DNA of 32,000 bases from Desulfotalea psychrophila LSv54 (GCF_000025945.1 NC_006138.1:3000001-3032000); one strand, 5' to 3'. Positions 1 through 8,151 are shown, numbered from the stretch's first letter. The notes: generated from the sequence alone by a model not told the origin. Made by a program: numbers and translations.

Positions 1-425
1 GAGGCCTCAAGATTTAAAAAAACAATATGAGTAAGAATGTCATAAACCTCGCTCTCGCCCCGGGTGACGATAAAGCACATTTCAGTCTCAGAAATAGCAT
101 AGGAGAGCCTGCGTCGTTTAAGTGGCGTCCTCTTTTCAAAGGATGTTTGAGCAAAATCGTCAACACTGGTAAGGACAAGTTTTTCACATTTCTCAATTCC
201 ACGGGGCATACGATTAATCACGTACTCCAAGCCTTTAAGCTCAACGACACGCGGATCATTCATGGAACCATATATTTCAGGACTGATCTGAATGAGGGCC
301 TCTGCCAACTTCTCCCCCATCACATCGGTTGGTCGATAATAACCCTGAATAATAATCGCATCGGCTATGGTTTTAAATGTAGCAATTGCCCTACGAGACC
401 GTTGCGCCTTGGTAAGATGGTCCAT
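1..425 (-). CDS. hypothetical protein, N-terminal 141 codons; the gene continues past the left edge
   Basis: Absent from the supplied ORF track because it has no stop in the window. A reverse-strand ATG at 425-423 is preceded by GAGGA (rc of 432-436) with a 6-nt spacer. The frame stays open to position 1: MDHLTKAQRSRRAIATFKTIADAIIIQGYYRPTDVMGEKLAEALIQISPEIYGSMNDPRVVELKGLEYVINRMPRGIEKCEKLVLTSVDDFAQTSFEKRTPLKRRRLSYAISETEMCFIVTRGESEVYDILTHIVFLNLEA. Composition is protein-like. Family not recognised. Confidence 0.55.
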   Translation of the reverse strand, partial: MDHLTKAQRSRRAIATFKTIADAIIIQGYYRPTDVMGEKLAEALIQISPEIYGSMNDPRVVELKGLEYVINRMPRGIEKCEKLVLTSVDDFAQTSFEKRTPLKRRRLSYAISETEMCFIVTRGESEVYDILTHIVFLNLEA

Positions 426-483
426 ATAAAATCCTCATAAAGTCTTGTTTAGCAAGTTAGGTGAGAAAACATACAGAAAAGAT

Positions 484-526
484 TAATACAACACGTATGA
501 AAATACTACCATATCGTGTTGTATTA
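484..526 (-). terminator. candidate rho-independent terminator downstream of engB
   Basis: Perfect 12-bp inverted repeat TAATACAACACG (484-495) / CGTGTTGTATTA (515-526) with a 19-nt loop. On the minus strand it is followed by the T-rich ATCTTTTCTGTATGTTTTCTC. It lies between the engB stop (578) and the next minus-strand start (425). Confidence 0.45.
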
Positions 527-577
527 TAAGAAAAGTTACAGGAGAATGGGCAGGTGGGGCGAGAAGTAAGGGTAAGA

Positions 578-1159
578 CTAAGCTAGATAGGATTCCAAGA
601 CTGCAATTAATTCATCACGCCCCTGGCCTGTCTTAGAAGAAAAAAGGATTCGCTCATCTTTTTTGATTCCATGACCTGCGTCAAGAATGGCGGCATGCCT
701 GCTAAGCTGATTACCTGACAACTTATCTATTTTAGTATAAATCGGTAAAACAGGCACCTTCTGCTCACGAAGCCAGTCAAGCAATTGACGATCAAGGGCC
801 TTAGGCTCATGGCGAATATCAATAATAACCACAACACACTTTAAAGCCTCTCTTTCGGAAATATAGCTGGTGATCAGCTTTTGCCAGTTATTTTGCATTT
901 CTTTGGAGACCCGGGCAAAACCATAGCCAGGTAAATCGACGAGCATACAATCTTCAGCAGCCTGGAAAAAATTCAATCCCTGGGTTTTTCCCGGCCTGCC
1001 ACTTACCTTAACAAAACCACTTCGTCTCAACAGGGTATTCATCAGACTAGATTTACCAACATTAGACCGACCGGCAAAGGCAAACTCAGGCAAACCATCT
1101 TCAGGCAACTGGTCTAAACCGTGAACACTTAGGAGAAACGTAATATCGTTTAAATTCAC
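578..1159 (-). CDS. engB: ribosome-biogenesis GTPase EngB/YsxC/YihA
   Basis: 193 aa with a GTG start and GGAGAAG RBS. G1 motif GRSNVGKSSL, G3 DLPGYG, G4 TKIDK. The length and motif order are typical of EngB. Confidence 0.88.
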   Translation of the reverse strand: MNLNDITFLLSVHGLDQLPEDGLPEFAFAGRSNVGKSSLMNTLLRRSGFVKVSGRPGKTQGLNFFQAAEDCMLVDLPGYGFARVSKEMQNNWQKLITSYISEREALKCVVVIIDIRHEPKALDRQLLDWLREQKVPVLPIYTKIDKLSGNQLSRHAAILDAGHGIKKDERILFSSKTGQGRDELIAVLESYLA

Positions 1160-1182
1160 TGTTTCTTCTCCTCATTATAATT

Positions 1183-1222
1183 AAAAACAAAATAGGGATA
1201 AAACCATAATTGGTTTTATCCC
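1183..1222 (-). terminator. rho-independent terminator downstream of hisG
   Basis: Perfect 12-bp stem GGGATAAAACCA (1195-1206) / TGGTTTTATCCC (1211-1222) with a 4-nt loop TAAT. On the minus strand it is followed by TATTTTGTTTTTAA (rc of 1181-1194). Confidence 0.65.
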
Positions 1223-1295
1223 ATAAATCTGCCCCCTACGAGGCTAAACCAGCATGTTTACCACAAACCGGTTTAAAGAAAAACAGCAAAGATGA

Positions 1296-2168
1296 TCAGA
1301 TCACCTTATTAAGAGCATACTCAATGATACCCTCGGCCCCAACCTTATGCAAACGGGGCACAAGATCACGAACAATATCTTTTGAGATAACAGTCTCAAC
1401 GGAAAACCATTCAGCATCGGAGAGTCCTGCTACAGTCGGAGCATTAACACTGGGGAGCATTGCAACAATTTCGTCAAGTTGCTCTGCTGCCACATTCATC
1501 TTGAGACCAACAATCCTATCGGCCTTGAGGGCCCCTTGAAGCAGGAGGCACATATTCTCAATTTTTTCACGCTTCCAAGGGTTCTCCCAAGCCTCTTTAT
1601 TGGCTATAAACTGGGTATTGGACTCCATGAGTTCATAAATAATTCTGAGACCATGGGCACGGATAGTATTTTCTGTTTCCGTTACCTCAACCACCGCATC
1701 CACAAGACCTGCAACTACCTTTGCCTCGGTGGCACCCCAAGAAAACTCGATCTCTACGTTGATACCAAGATCCTTAAAAAATCTCTCACTAACGCCAACG
1801 AGTTCTGTAGAAATTTTCTTCCCCTCAAGATCTTCAAGGGTTTTGATATCAGAATCACCAGCCACGGCAACCACCCAACGAGTGGGGCGGTTACTCACTT
1901 TAGAATAGACCAGATCACTTACCACAACAATCTCTGACTGATTCTCCATGGTCCAATCTTTGCCGGTGATACCAGCGTCCAACATACCACTCTCGACATA
2001 ACGAGACATTTCCTGAGGACGACAGATCGAGCAATCCAACTCAGGATCATCTATTTTAGGAAAATAGTTACGGGCAGCAGGCTTAATAAGCCAACCAGCC
2101 TTTTCAAAAAGATTAATCGTGGCAACCTCAAGACTTCCCTTTGGCAATCCCAGTTTCAACTGACTCAT
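1296..2168 (-). CDS. hisG: ATP phosphoribosyltransferase, long form (HisG)
   Basis: The translation MSQLKLGLPKGSLEVATINLFEKAGW... is the typical HisG N-terminus and includes a C-terminal regulatory domain. The track ORF starts at 2180, but the ATG at 2168 has GGAG (rc of 2175-2178) 6 nt upstream, so 2168 is preferred. Confidence 0.88.
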   Translation of the reverse strand: MSQLKLGLPKGSLEVATINLFEKAGWLIKPAARNYFPKIDDPELDCSICRPQEMSRYVESGMLDAGITGKDWTMENQSEIVVVSDLVYSKVSNRPTRWVVAVAGDSDIKTLEDLEGKKISTELVGVSERFFKDLGINVEIEFSWGATEAKVVAGLVDAVVEVTETENTIRAHGLRIIYELMESNTQFIANKEAWENPWKREKIENMCLLLQGALKADRIVGLKMNVAAEQLDEIVAMLPSVNAPTVAGLSDAEWFSVETVISKDIVRDLVPRLHKVGAEGIIEYALNKVI

Positions 2169-2212
2169 CTCACACTCCATTATATATTTTTATTCTTTTA
2201 TTAATAATCAGA

Positions 2213-2596
2213 CTATTTACTGCCATAAACCTGGGCAGGGTCAAAAAGTGGTTTCCCCTCCACAACCAATTCCCCTTGATGGACTCTTCGAAAAAAGCAG
2301 GATCGATGGCCTGTATGACAGGCAGCATCACCAATTTGGTCAACCTTAAAAACAACAGTGTCGCTATCGCAATCAACCAGGATATCGTGGATAACCTGAA
2401 CGTTTCCTGAAGATTCTCCCTTCAACCAGAGGCTGTTACGAGATCTGCTCCAATAATGCGCCTGTCCTGTCTCTAAAGTTTTTTCCCAAGAAAGTTTGTT
2501 GATATACGCCAGCATCAGTACCTCACCGCTAACATAGTCCTGAACCACTGCGGGAAGTAATCCGTCCACAGATTTTTCGAAATTAAGTTCAACCAT
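2213..2596 (-). CDS. hisI: phosphoribosyl-AMP cyclohydrolase (HisI)
   Basis: 127 aa. LLPAVVQD...[40 protein letters not shown]...[28 protein letters not shown] matches the HisI cyclohydrolase signature, including the metal-binding Cys/His residues. Confidence 0.9.
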   Translation of the reverse strand: MVELNFEKSVDGLLPAVVQDYVSGEVLMLAYINKLSWEKTLETGQAHYWSRSRNSLWLKGESSGNVQVIHDILVDCDSDTVVFKVDQIGDAACHTGHRSCFFRRVHQGELVVEGKPLFDPAQVYGSK

Positions 2597-2621
2597 AGCT
2601 TTTCCTGTTAAATTTATAACA

Positions 2622-2650
2622 ATTATAGTTTTTTAGTACAAAAAGCCCAA
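2622..2650 (-). promoter_or_regulatory. candidate sigma-70 promoter for hisI-hisG
   Basis: The minus strand reads TTGGGC (rc of 2645-2650), a 17-nt spacer, then TATAAT (rc of 2622-2627). The -10 box lies about 25 nt upstream of the hisI ATG. Confidence 0.3.
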
Positions 2651-2867
2651 AAAAGCATTCAGCCTTCTGCTAAAAGAGCTACGTAGCATACGGGGGTCTG
2701 CAAGCAAAGTCAAGGATACAGCCATTATTTTTTTTACATTATGACAGATTAAAAGAGATTTCCTGAATGATGCACAGAAATCATATTTTTTACATGCTAA
2801 AAAAAACGTATTTAGCATTTTTACACGAACAAGAGAAAACAAGACTCCATTAAATAAAAAGAGAAGC

Positions 2868-2895
2868 TTGCATAATACGACGCCAACATTATATT
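2868..2895 (+). promoter_or_regulatory. candidate sigma-70 promoter for the slyD-like gene
   Basis: TTGCAT (2868-2873), a 16-nt spacer, then TATATT (2890-2895), about 55 nt upstream of the ATG at 2951. Confidence 0.35.
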
Positions 2896-2950
2896 CTGCT
2901 TCAAATTCTGTTTTGACCAACATTCATCCTAGACAATAAAGGAAACAACC

Positions 2951-3394
2951 ATGCCCCCTTTACAAGACAATACTGTTGTCATACTTAGCTATATCGGCAA
3001 ACTCGACAACGGTGAAATTTTTCAAAAAATAGACGTAGAAGCACCCATAAAGGCAACTCTTGGCAGCAGTGAATTGCCCCCCATGGTAGAGGAGGCTGTA
3101 CGCAACATGACTCCTGGAGAAAGCACCTCCGTGCGTGTACCGCCGGAAGAGGGCTTTGGTCCACGACAGAAAATTCTCCTTCAAGAGATCGAAAATAAGG
3201 AATTTATCGAAAGGGTGAAGCCTAAACCAGGTATGATTATCACCCTTAATGCTCAAAAGGATGGGGCAGAAGAACCAGTCCCTGTTCCTGCCACCATCAT
3301 GGAAATTAACGGCGATACCGTTCTTGTCGACTACAACCACCCCCTTGCAGGGCATCATCTTACCTACGATGTCACCCTTATAGCTGTTGAATAA
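2951..3394 (+). CDS. FKBP-type peptidyl-prolyl cis-trans isomerase, SlyD-like
   Basis: 147 aa. The C-terminal DYNHPLAGHHLTYDVTLIAVE is the hallmark FKBP/SlyD motif, and there is an insert-in-flap-like central segment. RBS AAGGAAAC lies upstream. Confidence 0.8.
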   Translation: MPPLQDNTVVILSYIGKLDNGEIFQKIDVEAPIKATLGSSELPPMVEEAVRNMTPGESTSVRVPPEEGFGPRQKILLQEIENKEFIERVKPKPGMIITLNAQKDGAEEPVPVPATIMEINGDTVLVDYNHPLAGHHLTYDVTLIAVE

Positions 3395-3400
3395 AAAAAT

Positions 3401-3436
3401 GCCCCTGTTATGAAAATCTCCACCCATAACAGGGGC
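3401..3436. terminator. strong hairpin after the slyD-like gene (possible terminator)
   Basis: Perfect 12-bp stem GCCCCTGTTATG (3401-3412) / CATAACAGGGGC (3425-3436) with a 12-nt loop. The A7 tract lies 5' of the stem on the + strand, so the U-tract would be on the minus-strand transcript. No T-run follows the stem on the + strand. Confidence 0.4.
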
Positions 3437-3546
3437 AAAAGAGACAGAACATAAACCTCTCCATCCTGCTGAGTTATTTACAGATCCCCCCGCACCCCAT
3501 CTTTCTTTTCAGAAAACAAAAATCTTTTTCTTTACACCAATATATA

Positions 3547-3572
3547 TAGATATTTTGGCAATGAACCGATAT
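3547..3572 (+). promoter_or_regulatory. weak sigma-28 (FliA)-like promoter candidate upstream of cheA
   Basis: TAGA (3547-3550), a 14-nt spacer, then ACCGATAT (3565-3572), compared with the consensus TAAA-N15-GCCGATAA. The -35 box is imperfect and the spacing is one short. Confidence 0.2.
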
Positions 3573-3667
3573 ATTATCAAATAATATTTCAGTAAAAAGA
3601 AATATTTCACCTTTTTATATAAACATTGTAATATTTTCCTGACTACCTATCCTCTTGCTTGGAGCAT

Positions 3668-6472
3668 ATGATGGACTTTGAAGATGACGAAATACTCCAA
3701 GGCTTCGTAGAAGAATCCCTTGAACACCTCTCTAGTATAGAAAATGATCTACTCGCTATCGAAGAGGGAGGTGCGGCCATAGATGAAGAACTTGTAAATA
3801 AGGTTTTCCGGGCAGCCCACTCCATAAAAGGTGGCGCTGGTTTTATGGGACTGACTGCTATCCAAGAACTTTCCCATGCAACAGAAAACATATTGGGCAT
3901 GGTGCGTAATAAATCCATTATTCCTACCCCTGAGATCATAAACGTTCTCCTTATTGCAGCAGACCAACTGCAGACAATGATTGAAGACGTGGCAAACAGT
4001 AATGAGGCGGATATAGCCAATCAAGTATCTGCCCTCAATGCTATTGCCGAAGATAGCAAAAATAAACAGGCCTCCCCGAAGCCTGTACCTGCGGTGGAAC
4101 CAGAGGCGCCTAAAGCAGAAATTGCAGAAGATGCCTTTGTCCTCTTTGCAGAGGCAGCTCCCGTAAAGACACCCCCCATAGAACAAGAAGAAATTGTGCC
4201 AGAGGCAGTGCTAGCAGAAACGCCAGCGGTAATAGAAACGCCAGCGGTAATAGAAACGCCAGTAGTAGAAACAGCAATCGAAGTAGTTTCTACGGTGGTG
4301 CAAAATATTGCGCCACAGGTCCCCGCCACCAAAGAGAGCAAGGCTGAAGGCAAAAAAACAACGGCTCAGTCGGACACCACTCTCAGGGTTCACGTCAGTC
4401 TTCTCGACTCCCTAATGACCCTGGCCGGCGAGTTAGTCCTCAGCAGAAACCAACTACTTCAAACAATTTCTACCCCTGAGCTTCACAATGTTGACACGGT
4501 AGGCCAACGTATCGACCTTATTACCTCCGAGCTACAAGAAGCGATTATGCTGACCCGCATGCAACCCATCGGCAATGTTTTTGGTAAGTTTCCGCGTGTG
4601 GTCCGAGATCTCTCTAAACAGCTGGGTAAAACAATTGATCTCAATATTGTTGGCAAGGACGTCGAACTTGATAAGACCATCATTGAAGCAATTAATGATC
4701 CTCTGACCCACCTGGTGCGTAACTCCGTTGACCACGGAATCGAACTTCCGGCAGAACGGTTAAAACGAGGCAAGAGTGAAAGAGGGCAAATTATCCTCAA
4801 GGCCTTTCATGAAGCAGGCCAGGTTTGTATTGAAATAAGCGATGATGGCAAAGGACTCGATGAAGAGGTTCTCACTGCCAGCGCAGTAAGCAAGGGACTG
4901 ATTTCGCCAGAACAGGCTCAGCTCATGTCGGGTAAGGAAAAGATAAACCTTATCTTCATGCCCGGTTTTTCAACCGCAGCCAAGGTAACCGATGTCTCCG
5001 GCCGTGGTGTCGGCATGGATGTGGTAAAAACCAACCTTGACCAACTTGGTGGAAATGTCGAGATCTTATCTGAACTGGGTCACGGCACAACTATTTCCAT
5101 CAAATTGCCACTGACCCTGGCCATCATCCCCTGTCAGATAATTACCCTTTCCAATGAAAGATACGCTATTCCTCAGGTAAATCTAGAAGAGCTTTTGCGC
5201 ATTTCCGCATCTCAGGTTAAGGAGAGAATAGAGCGAGTAGGAGATGCAGAGGTTGTTCGCCTTCGCGGCAATCTCCTTCCCCTTATTCGCCTTGCCGATG
5301 TTATCGGCCTTGGCCAACAGGACAAGGACCAGTCCTCCGCAGCCCTTGACACAGCAGGCGACAGCGCCCTTAATATCGTTGTGGTTTCTACTGGATCAAT
5401 GAAATATGGACTTATTGTTGACAGCCTTCAGGATTCTGAAGAGATCGTTATCAAACCCCTCGGTCGACACCTCCAACAGTGCAAGGCATATGCCGGAGCA
5501 ACGATCATGGGAGACGGCCGAATAGCCCTTATTCTGGATCTGGGAAATATTGCCAAAATGGCAACCCTCAACAGCCTGGAAGGAACCCAGCGCGCGGCAG
5601 AGCTTGCCCAGATAGCAGAAGATGAGAGCCAAATTCAAAAGGACAGACAATCTCTTCTTATATTTCACAACGCCGAAAAAGAGCAGTTCGCCGTTCCCCT
5701 CAATCAGGTCGAACGAATTGAGAAGATCAAACGGGCCGACATAGAAGATGTGGGTAACCACAGAACAATGCAATATCGTGGCGGAAATCTCCCTCTGATT
5801 CAAGTGGATGACGTTGCCGTAGTCAACCCTCTTGCTGACCACGACGACCTACTGGTTATTGTTTTCAATGTTGCCCTAACCACGGTTGGACTACTTGCCG
5901 TAGGCCCCGTTGACGCCATAGAGGTCTTTGTCGACATTGATGACAAAACTCTAAAACAGCCTGGCATTATGGGTTCATCTATCATTAACGGCAACACCAC
6001 CCTGTTGGTAAATATCTTTGAGTTAGTTAAAAACATCTTCCCTGAATGGTATAGCGAGCAGGACACTCCGCTCATTGAAACAGAAGATATGAAAGAGCCA
6101 CCCACAATTCTCATTGCTGAAGACTCCAATTTTTTTAGAAACCAACTTCGTAGCTACATGATAGAGGCGGGTTACCATATCATTGAAAGTGAAGATGGGG
6201 TAGAGGCCTTACAAAAACTTGAAGATCATTTTGACGAAATATCACTACTGGTAACAGATATAGAAATGCCCAATATGGATGGATTTGTCCTTACCGAACG
6301 AATCCGAGCCCACCATAGATTTTCTGAGTTACCCGTTATCGCCCTCACCACTCTTGCCTCCGAAGAAAACAGAGAGCGAGGCAAGGCCGTAGGTATAGAC
6401 GAATACCACGTCAAATTAGACAAGGAGCGGCTGATGGCTGCTGTTCACGGTATAATAAAACGCATATTTTAA
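3668..6472 (+). CDS. cheA: hybrid chemotaxis histidine kinase CheA (HPt, dimerisation, HATPase, two CheW-like domains, receiver)
   Basis: HPt site FRAAHSIKGGAG (His codon at 3818-3820). N box LTHLVRNSVDHGIE, G1 DDGKGLD, G2 GRGVGMDVV. Two successive CheW-like segments follow (ERYAIPQVNLEELL..., then QSLLIFHNAEKEQFAVPLNQVERI...). The C-terminal receiver reads ILIAEDS...LLVTDIEMPNMDG (Asp codon at 6257-6259). The start is ambiguous: TTG 3659, ATG 3668 or ATG 3671, with GGAG at 3661-3664. Confidence 0.9.
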   Translation: MMDFEDDEILQGFVEESLEHLSSIENDLLAIEEGGAAIDEELVNKVFRAAHSIKGGAGFMGLTAIQELSHATENILGMVRNKSIIPTPEIINVLLIAADQLQTMIEDVANSNEADIANQVSALNAIAEDSKNKQASPKPVPAVEPEAPKAEIAEDAFVLFAEAAPVKTPPIEQEEIVPEAVLAETPAVIETPAVIETPVVETAIEVVSTVVQNIAPQVPATKESKAEGKKTTAQSDTTLRVHVSLLDSLMTLAGELVLSRNQLLQTISTPELHNVDTVGQRIDLITSELQEAIMLTRMQPIGNVFGKFPRVVRDLSKQLGKTIDLNIVGKDVELDKTIIEAINDPLTHLVRNSVDHGIELPAERLKRGKSERGQIILKAFHEAGQVCIEISDDGKGLDEEVLTASAVSKGLISPEQAQLMSGKEKINLIFMPGFSTAAKVTDVSGRGVGMDVVKTNLDQLGGNVEILSELGHGTTISIKLPLTLAIIPCQIITLSNERYAIPQVNLEELLRISASQVKERIERVGDAEVVRLRGNLLPLIRLADVIGLGQQDKDQSSAALDTAGDSALNIVVVSTGSMKYGLIVDSLQDSEEIVIKPLGRHLQQCKAYAGATIMGDGRIALILDLGNIAKMATLNSLEGTQRAAELAQIAEDESQIQKDRQSLLIFHNAEKEQFAVPLNQVERIEKIKRADIEDVGNHRTMQYRGGNLPLIQVDDVAVVNPLADHDDLLVIVFNVALTTVGLLAVGPVDAIEVFVDIDDKTLKQPGIMGSSIINGNTTLLVNIFELVKNIFPEWYSEQDTPLIETEDMKEPPTILIAEDSNFFRNQLRSYMIEAGYHIIESEDGVEALQKLEDHFDEISLLVTDIEMPNMDGFVLTERIRAHHRFSELPVIALTTLASEENRERGKAVGIDEYHVKLDKERLMAAVHGIIKRIF
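4217..4270 (+). repeat. 18-bp in-frame tandem repeat (2 perfect units plus 1 degenerate) in the CheA linker
   Basis: GAAACGCCAGCGGTAATA occurs at 4217-4234 and 4235-4252, with a degenerate copy at 4253-4270. It encodes ETPAVI-ETPAVI-ETPVVE within an Ala/Pro/Glu/Val-rich linker. Confidence 0.85.
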
Positions 6473-6496
6473 TGCCATAAGACAAGGTAAATCGTT

Positions 6497-6949
6497 ATGG
6501 AAACTGCAGAAAAAGAAAACAAAGACGTAATAGAGCTTGCAACATTTTTTATCGGCAACGCTCTCTGTGGCATGGATATCCTTATGGTGCAGGAGATAAA
6601 CAAACTCAACCAAATGACCAAGGTGCCACAGGCTCCGGACTATGTGTTGGGCATCCTTAATCTCAGAGGACAAATTGTCACCATTATCGATCTTGGCAAA
6701 AAACTTGGTCTTGGCAAAACAGATTCCTCACAGGATTCTCGTAATATTATTGTCAACTCCCCCGGTGGCCATGTGGGCCTTCTGGTCAACCAAATCAGCG
6801 ATGTGGTATCCGCTGACACGGAGAGGATAGAGATGCCTCCTGCCAATATGGCTGGCATCCAGGGAGATTTTTTTACCGGCGTCTACAAGACTGAAAAAAA
6901 CTTGATCGGCATACTTGATATTGAAAAAGTTCTTAGCTCTGAAGATTAA
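6497..6949 (+). CDS. cheW: chemotaxis coupling protein CheW
   Basis: 150 aa single CheW-like domain (LATFFIGNALCGMDILMVQEI...GILNLRGQIVTIIDLGKKLG...GLLVNQISDVV). It lies directly downstream of cheA. Confidence 0.9.
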   Translation: METAEKENKDVIELATFFIGNALCGMDILMVQEINKLNQMTKVPQAPDYVLGILNLRGQIVTIIDLGKKLGLGKTDSSQDSRNIIVNSPGGHVGLLVNQISDVVSADTERIEMPPANMAGIQGDFFTGVYKTEKNLIGILDIEKVLSSED

Positions 6950-6958
6950 TTGGTGTTT

Positions 6959-8053
6959 ATGAAAAATTTGCGCGTTCTCGTTGTCGATGACACAATACTA
7001 TACCGTAAGATCGTTTCTGACCTGCTCCGAGAAATCCCCGGAATAGAGGTGATCGGCGTTGCCCACAATGGCAAAATCGCCCTCGATAAAATCAGGCTCT
7101 CAAAACCTGATCTTATAACCCTGGATATTGAAATGCCCGTGATGAACGGCATTGAATTACTGGAACACCTCAAAGACATCCCCGATGCTCCGGGGGCGGT
7201 CATGCTCTCTACTCTCACCTCGGATGGAAGTCGGATGACCATGAAGGCCCTGGAACTTGGGGCCTTTGATTTTATCCTCAAGCCTCAGGAGAAGACTCCG
7301 GCGGCAAATAAGGCCGCACTGGCAAATTCTCTTAAACAGATCGTAAAGACATATCGATTAAGAAACATAGGCTTCTCAAGAACAAGGGCTACAACTCCTG
7401 CGTCGAGGTTAAGCCCACGCACCACCATAAAGAGAGAAATAAAGACAACGGACAGGTCTATAAAAAAGGGTAAGGCTGAAATTGTGGTAATTGGCATCTC
7501 CACAGGCGGGCCCAACGCCCTTACCAATATGTTACCCCAAATACCAGGAAATATAGGCGTACCCATACTCATCGTCCAACACATGCCGCCGGTGTTTACC
7601 GCCTCTTTGGCAACAAGCCTCAACAAAAAATGCCAAATAGAGGTAAAAGAAGCAGAAGATGGGGAGGCCATTCAACCAGGCATTGCATATATTGCTCCTG
7701 GTGGCAAACAGATGAAGATATCTGCCTCAAAAAATGGAGTAGAGCGTCTCATTAAGATTACAAATGACCCACCAGAGAACTCTTGCAGGCCATCAGTTGA
7801 TTACCTTTTCAGATCTGTTGGCGACTATTTTATTGGTCGGGCAACAGCTGTTATTATGACAGGAATGGGCGCAGATGGCACCAAAGGGTTGGAAGTGCTG
7901 ATGGCTAAGGGGGCACACTCTATTGGTCAGGACGAAGAGAGTTGCGTTGTCTACGGCATGCCAAAAAGTGTCGCAGATGCAGGACTGATTGATACGGTAT
8001 GTCCACTCAACAAGATTGCCCAGGAGATAGTTCATACCGTAAAACTCTATTAA
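6959..8053 (+). CDS. cheB: chemotaxis response regulator protein-glutamate methylesterase CheB
   Basis: Receiver domain (VLVVDD...ITLDIEMPVMNG) plus methylesterase domain with catalytic Ser in GISTGGP, His in VQHMPP and Asp in TGMGADG. The ATG at 6959 is preferred over the track's TTG at 6950. Confidence 0.9.
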   Translation: MKNLRVLVVDDTILYRKIVSDLLREIPGIEVIGVAHNGKIALDKIRLSKPDLITLDIEMPVMNGIELLEHLKDIPDAPGAVMLSTLTSDGSRMTMKALELGAFDFILKPQEKTPAANKAALANSLKQIVKTYRLRNIGFSRTRATTPASRLSPRTTIKREIKTTDRSIKKGKAEIVVIGISTGGPNALTNMLPQIPGNIGVPILIVQHMPPVFTASLATSLNKKCQIEVKEAEDGEAIQPGIAYIAPGGKQMKISASKNGVERLIKITNDPPENSCRPSVDYLFRSVGDYFIGRATAVIMTGMGADGTKGLEVLMAKGAHSIGQDEESCVVYGMPKSVADAGLIDTVCPLNKIAQEIVHTVKLY

Positions 8054-8101
8054 CTTTCTCCTTTTCTCATGTTTCCCCTACACAACATGACCTCTCCTGC
8101 A

Positions 8102-8121
8102 CGGGATAAGAAATTATCCCG
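8102..8121 (+). other. 8-bp stem with GAAA tetraloop in the cheB-cheR spacer
   Basis: CGGGATAA (8102-8109), GAAA (8110-8113), TTATCCCG (8114-8121). The complement is perfect and no U-tract follows. Confidence 0.5.
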
Positions 8122-8151
8122 ATAGCATACACCACAACCAGACACCATAAT

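Noticed and set aside
27-440. Track ORF, 137 aa, on the + strand
   Set aside because: It is antisense to a better minus-strand frame that is open to the window edge and has a proper RBS. Its translation is Cys/His/Asn/Phe-rich and not protein-like.
1210-1937. Plus-strand ORFs 1210..1539 and 1479..1937
   Set aside because: These are shadow ORFs antisense to the confidently identified hisG.
2633-2923. 96-aa minus-strand ORF in the hisI/slyD-like intergenic region
   Set aside because: It arises from AT-rich DNA, and the product is Phe/Leu/Cys/Lys-rich. The only SD-like AGGA is 3 nt from the ATG. It would overlap both candidate promoters.
3583-3606. AATATTTC-N8-GAAATATT inverted repeat upstream of cheA
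   Set aside because: An 8-bp, almost purely A/T palindrome in an AT-rich spacer is likely to occur by chance, and I recognise no matching binding motif.
3643-4353. Minus-strand ORFs 3643..4020, 3749..4186 and 4021..4353
   Set aside because: They are antisense to cheA. The low-complexity products mirror the CheA linker repeats.
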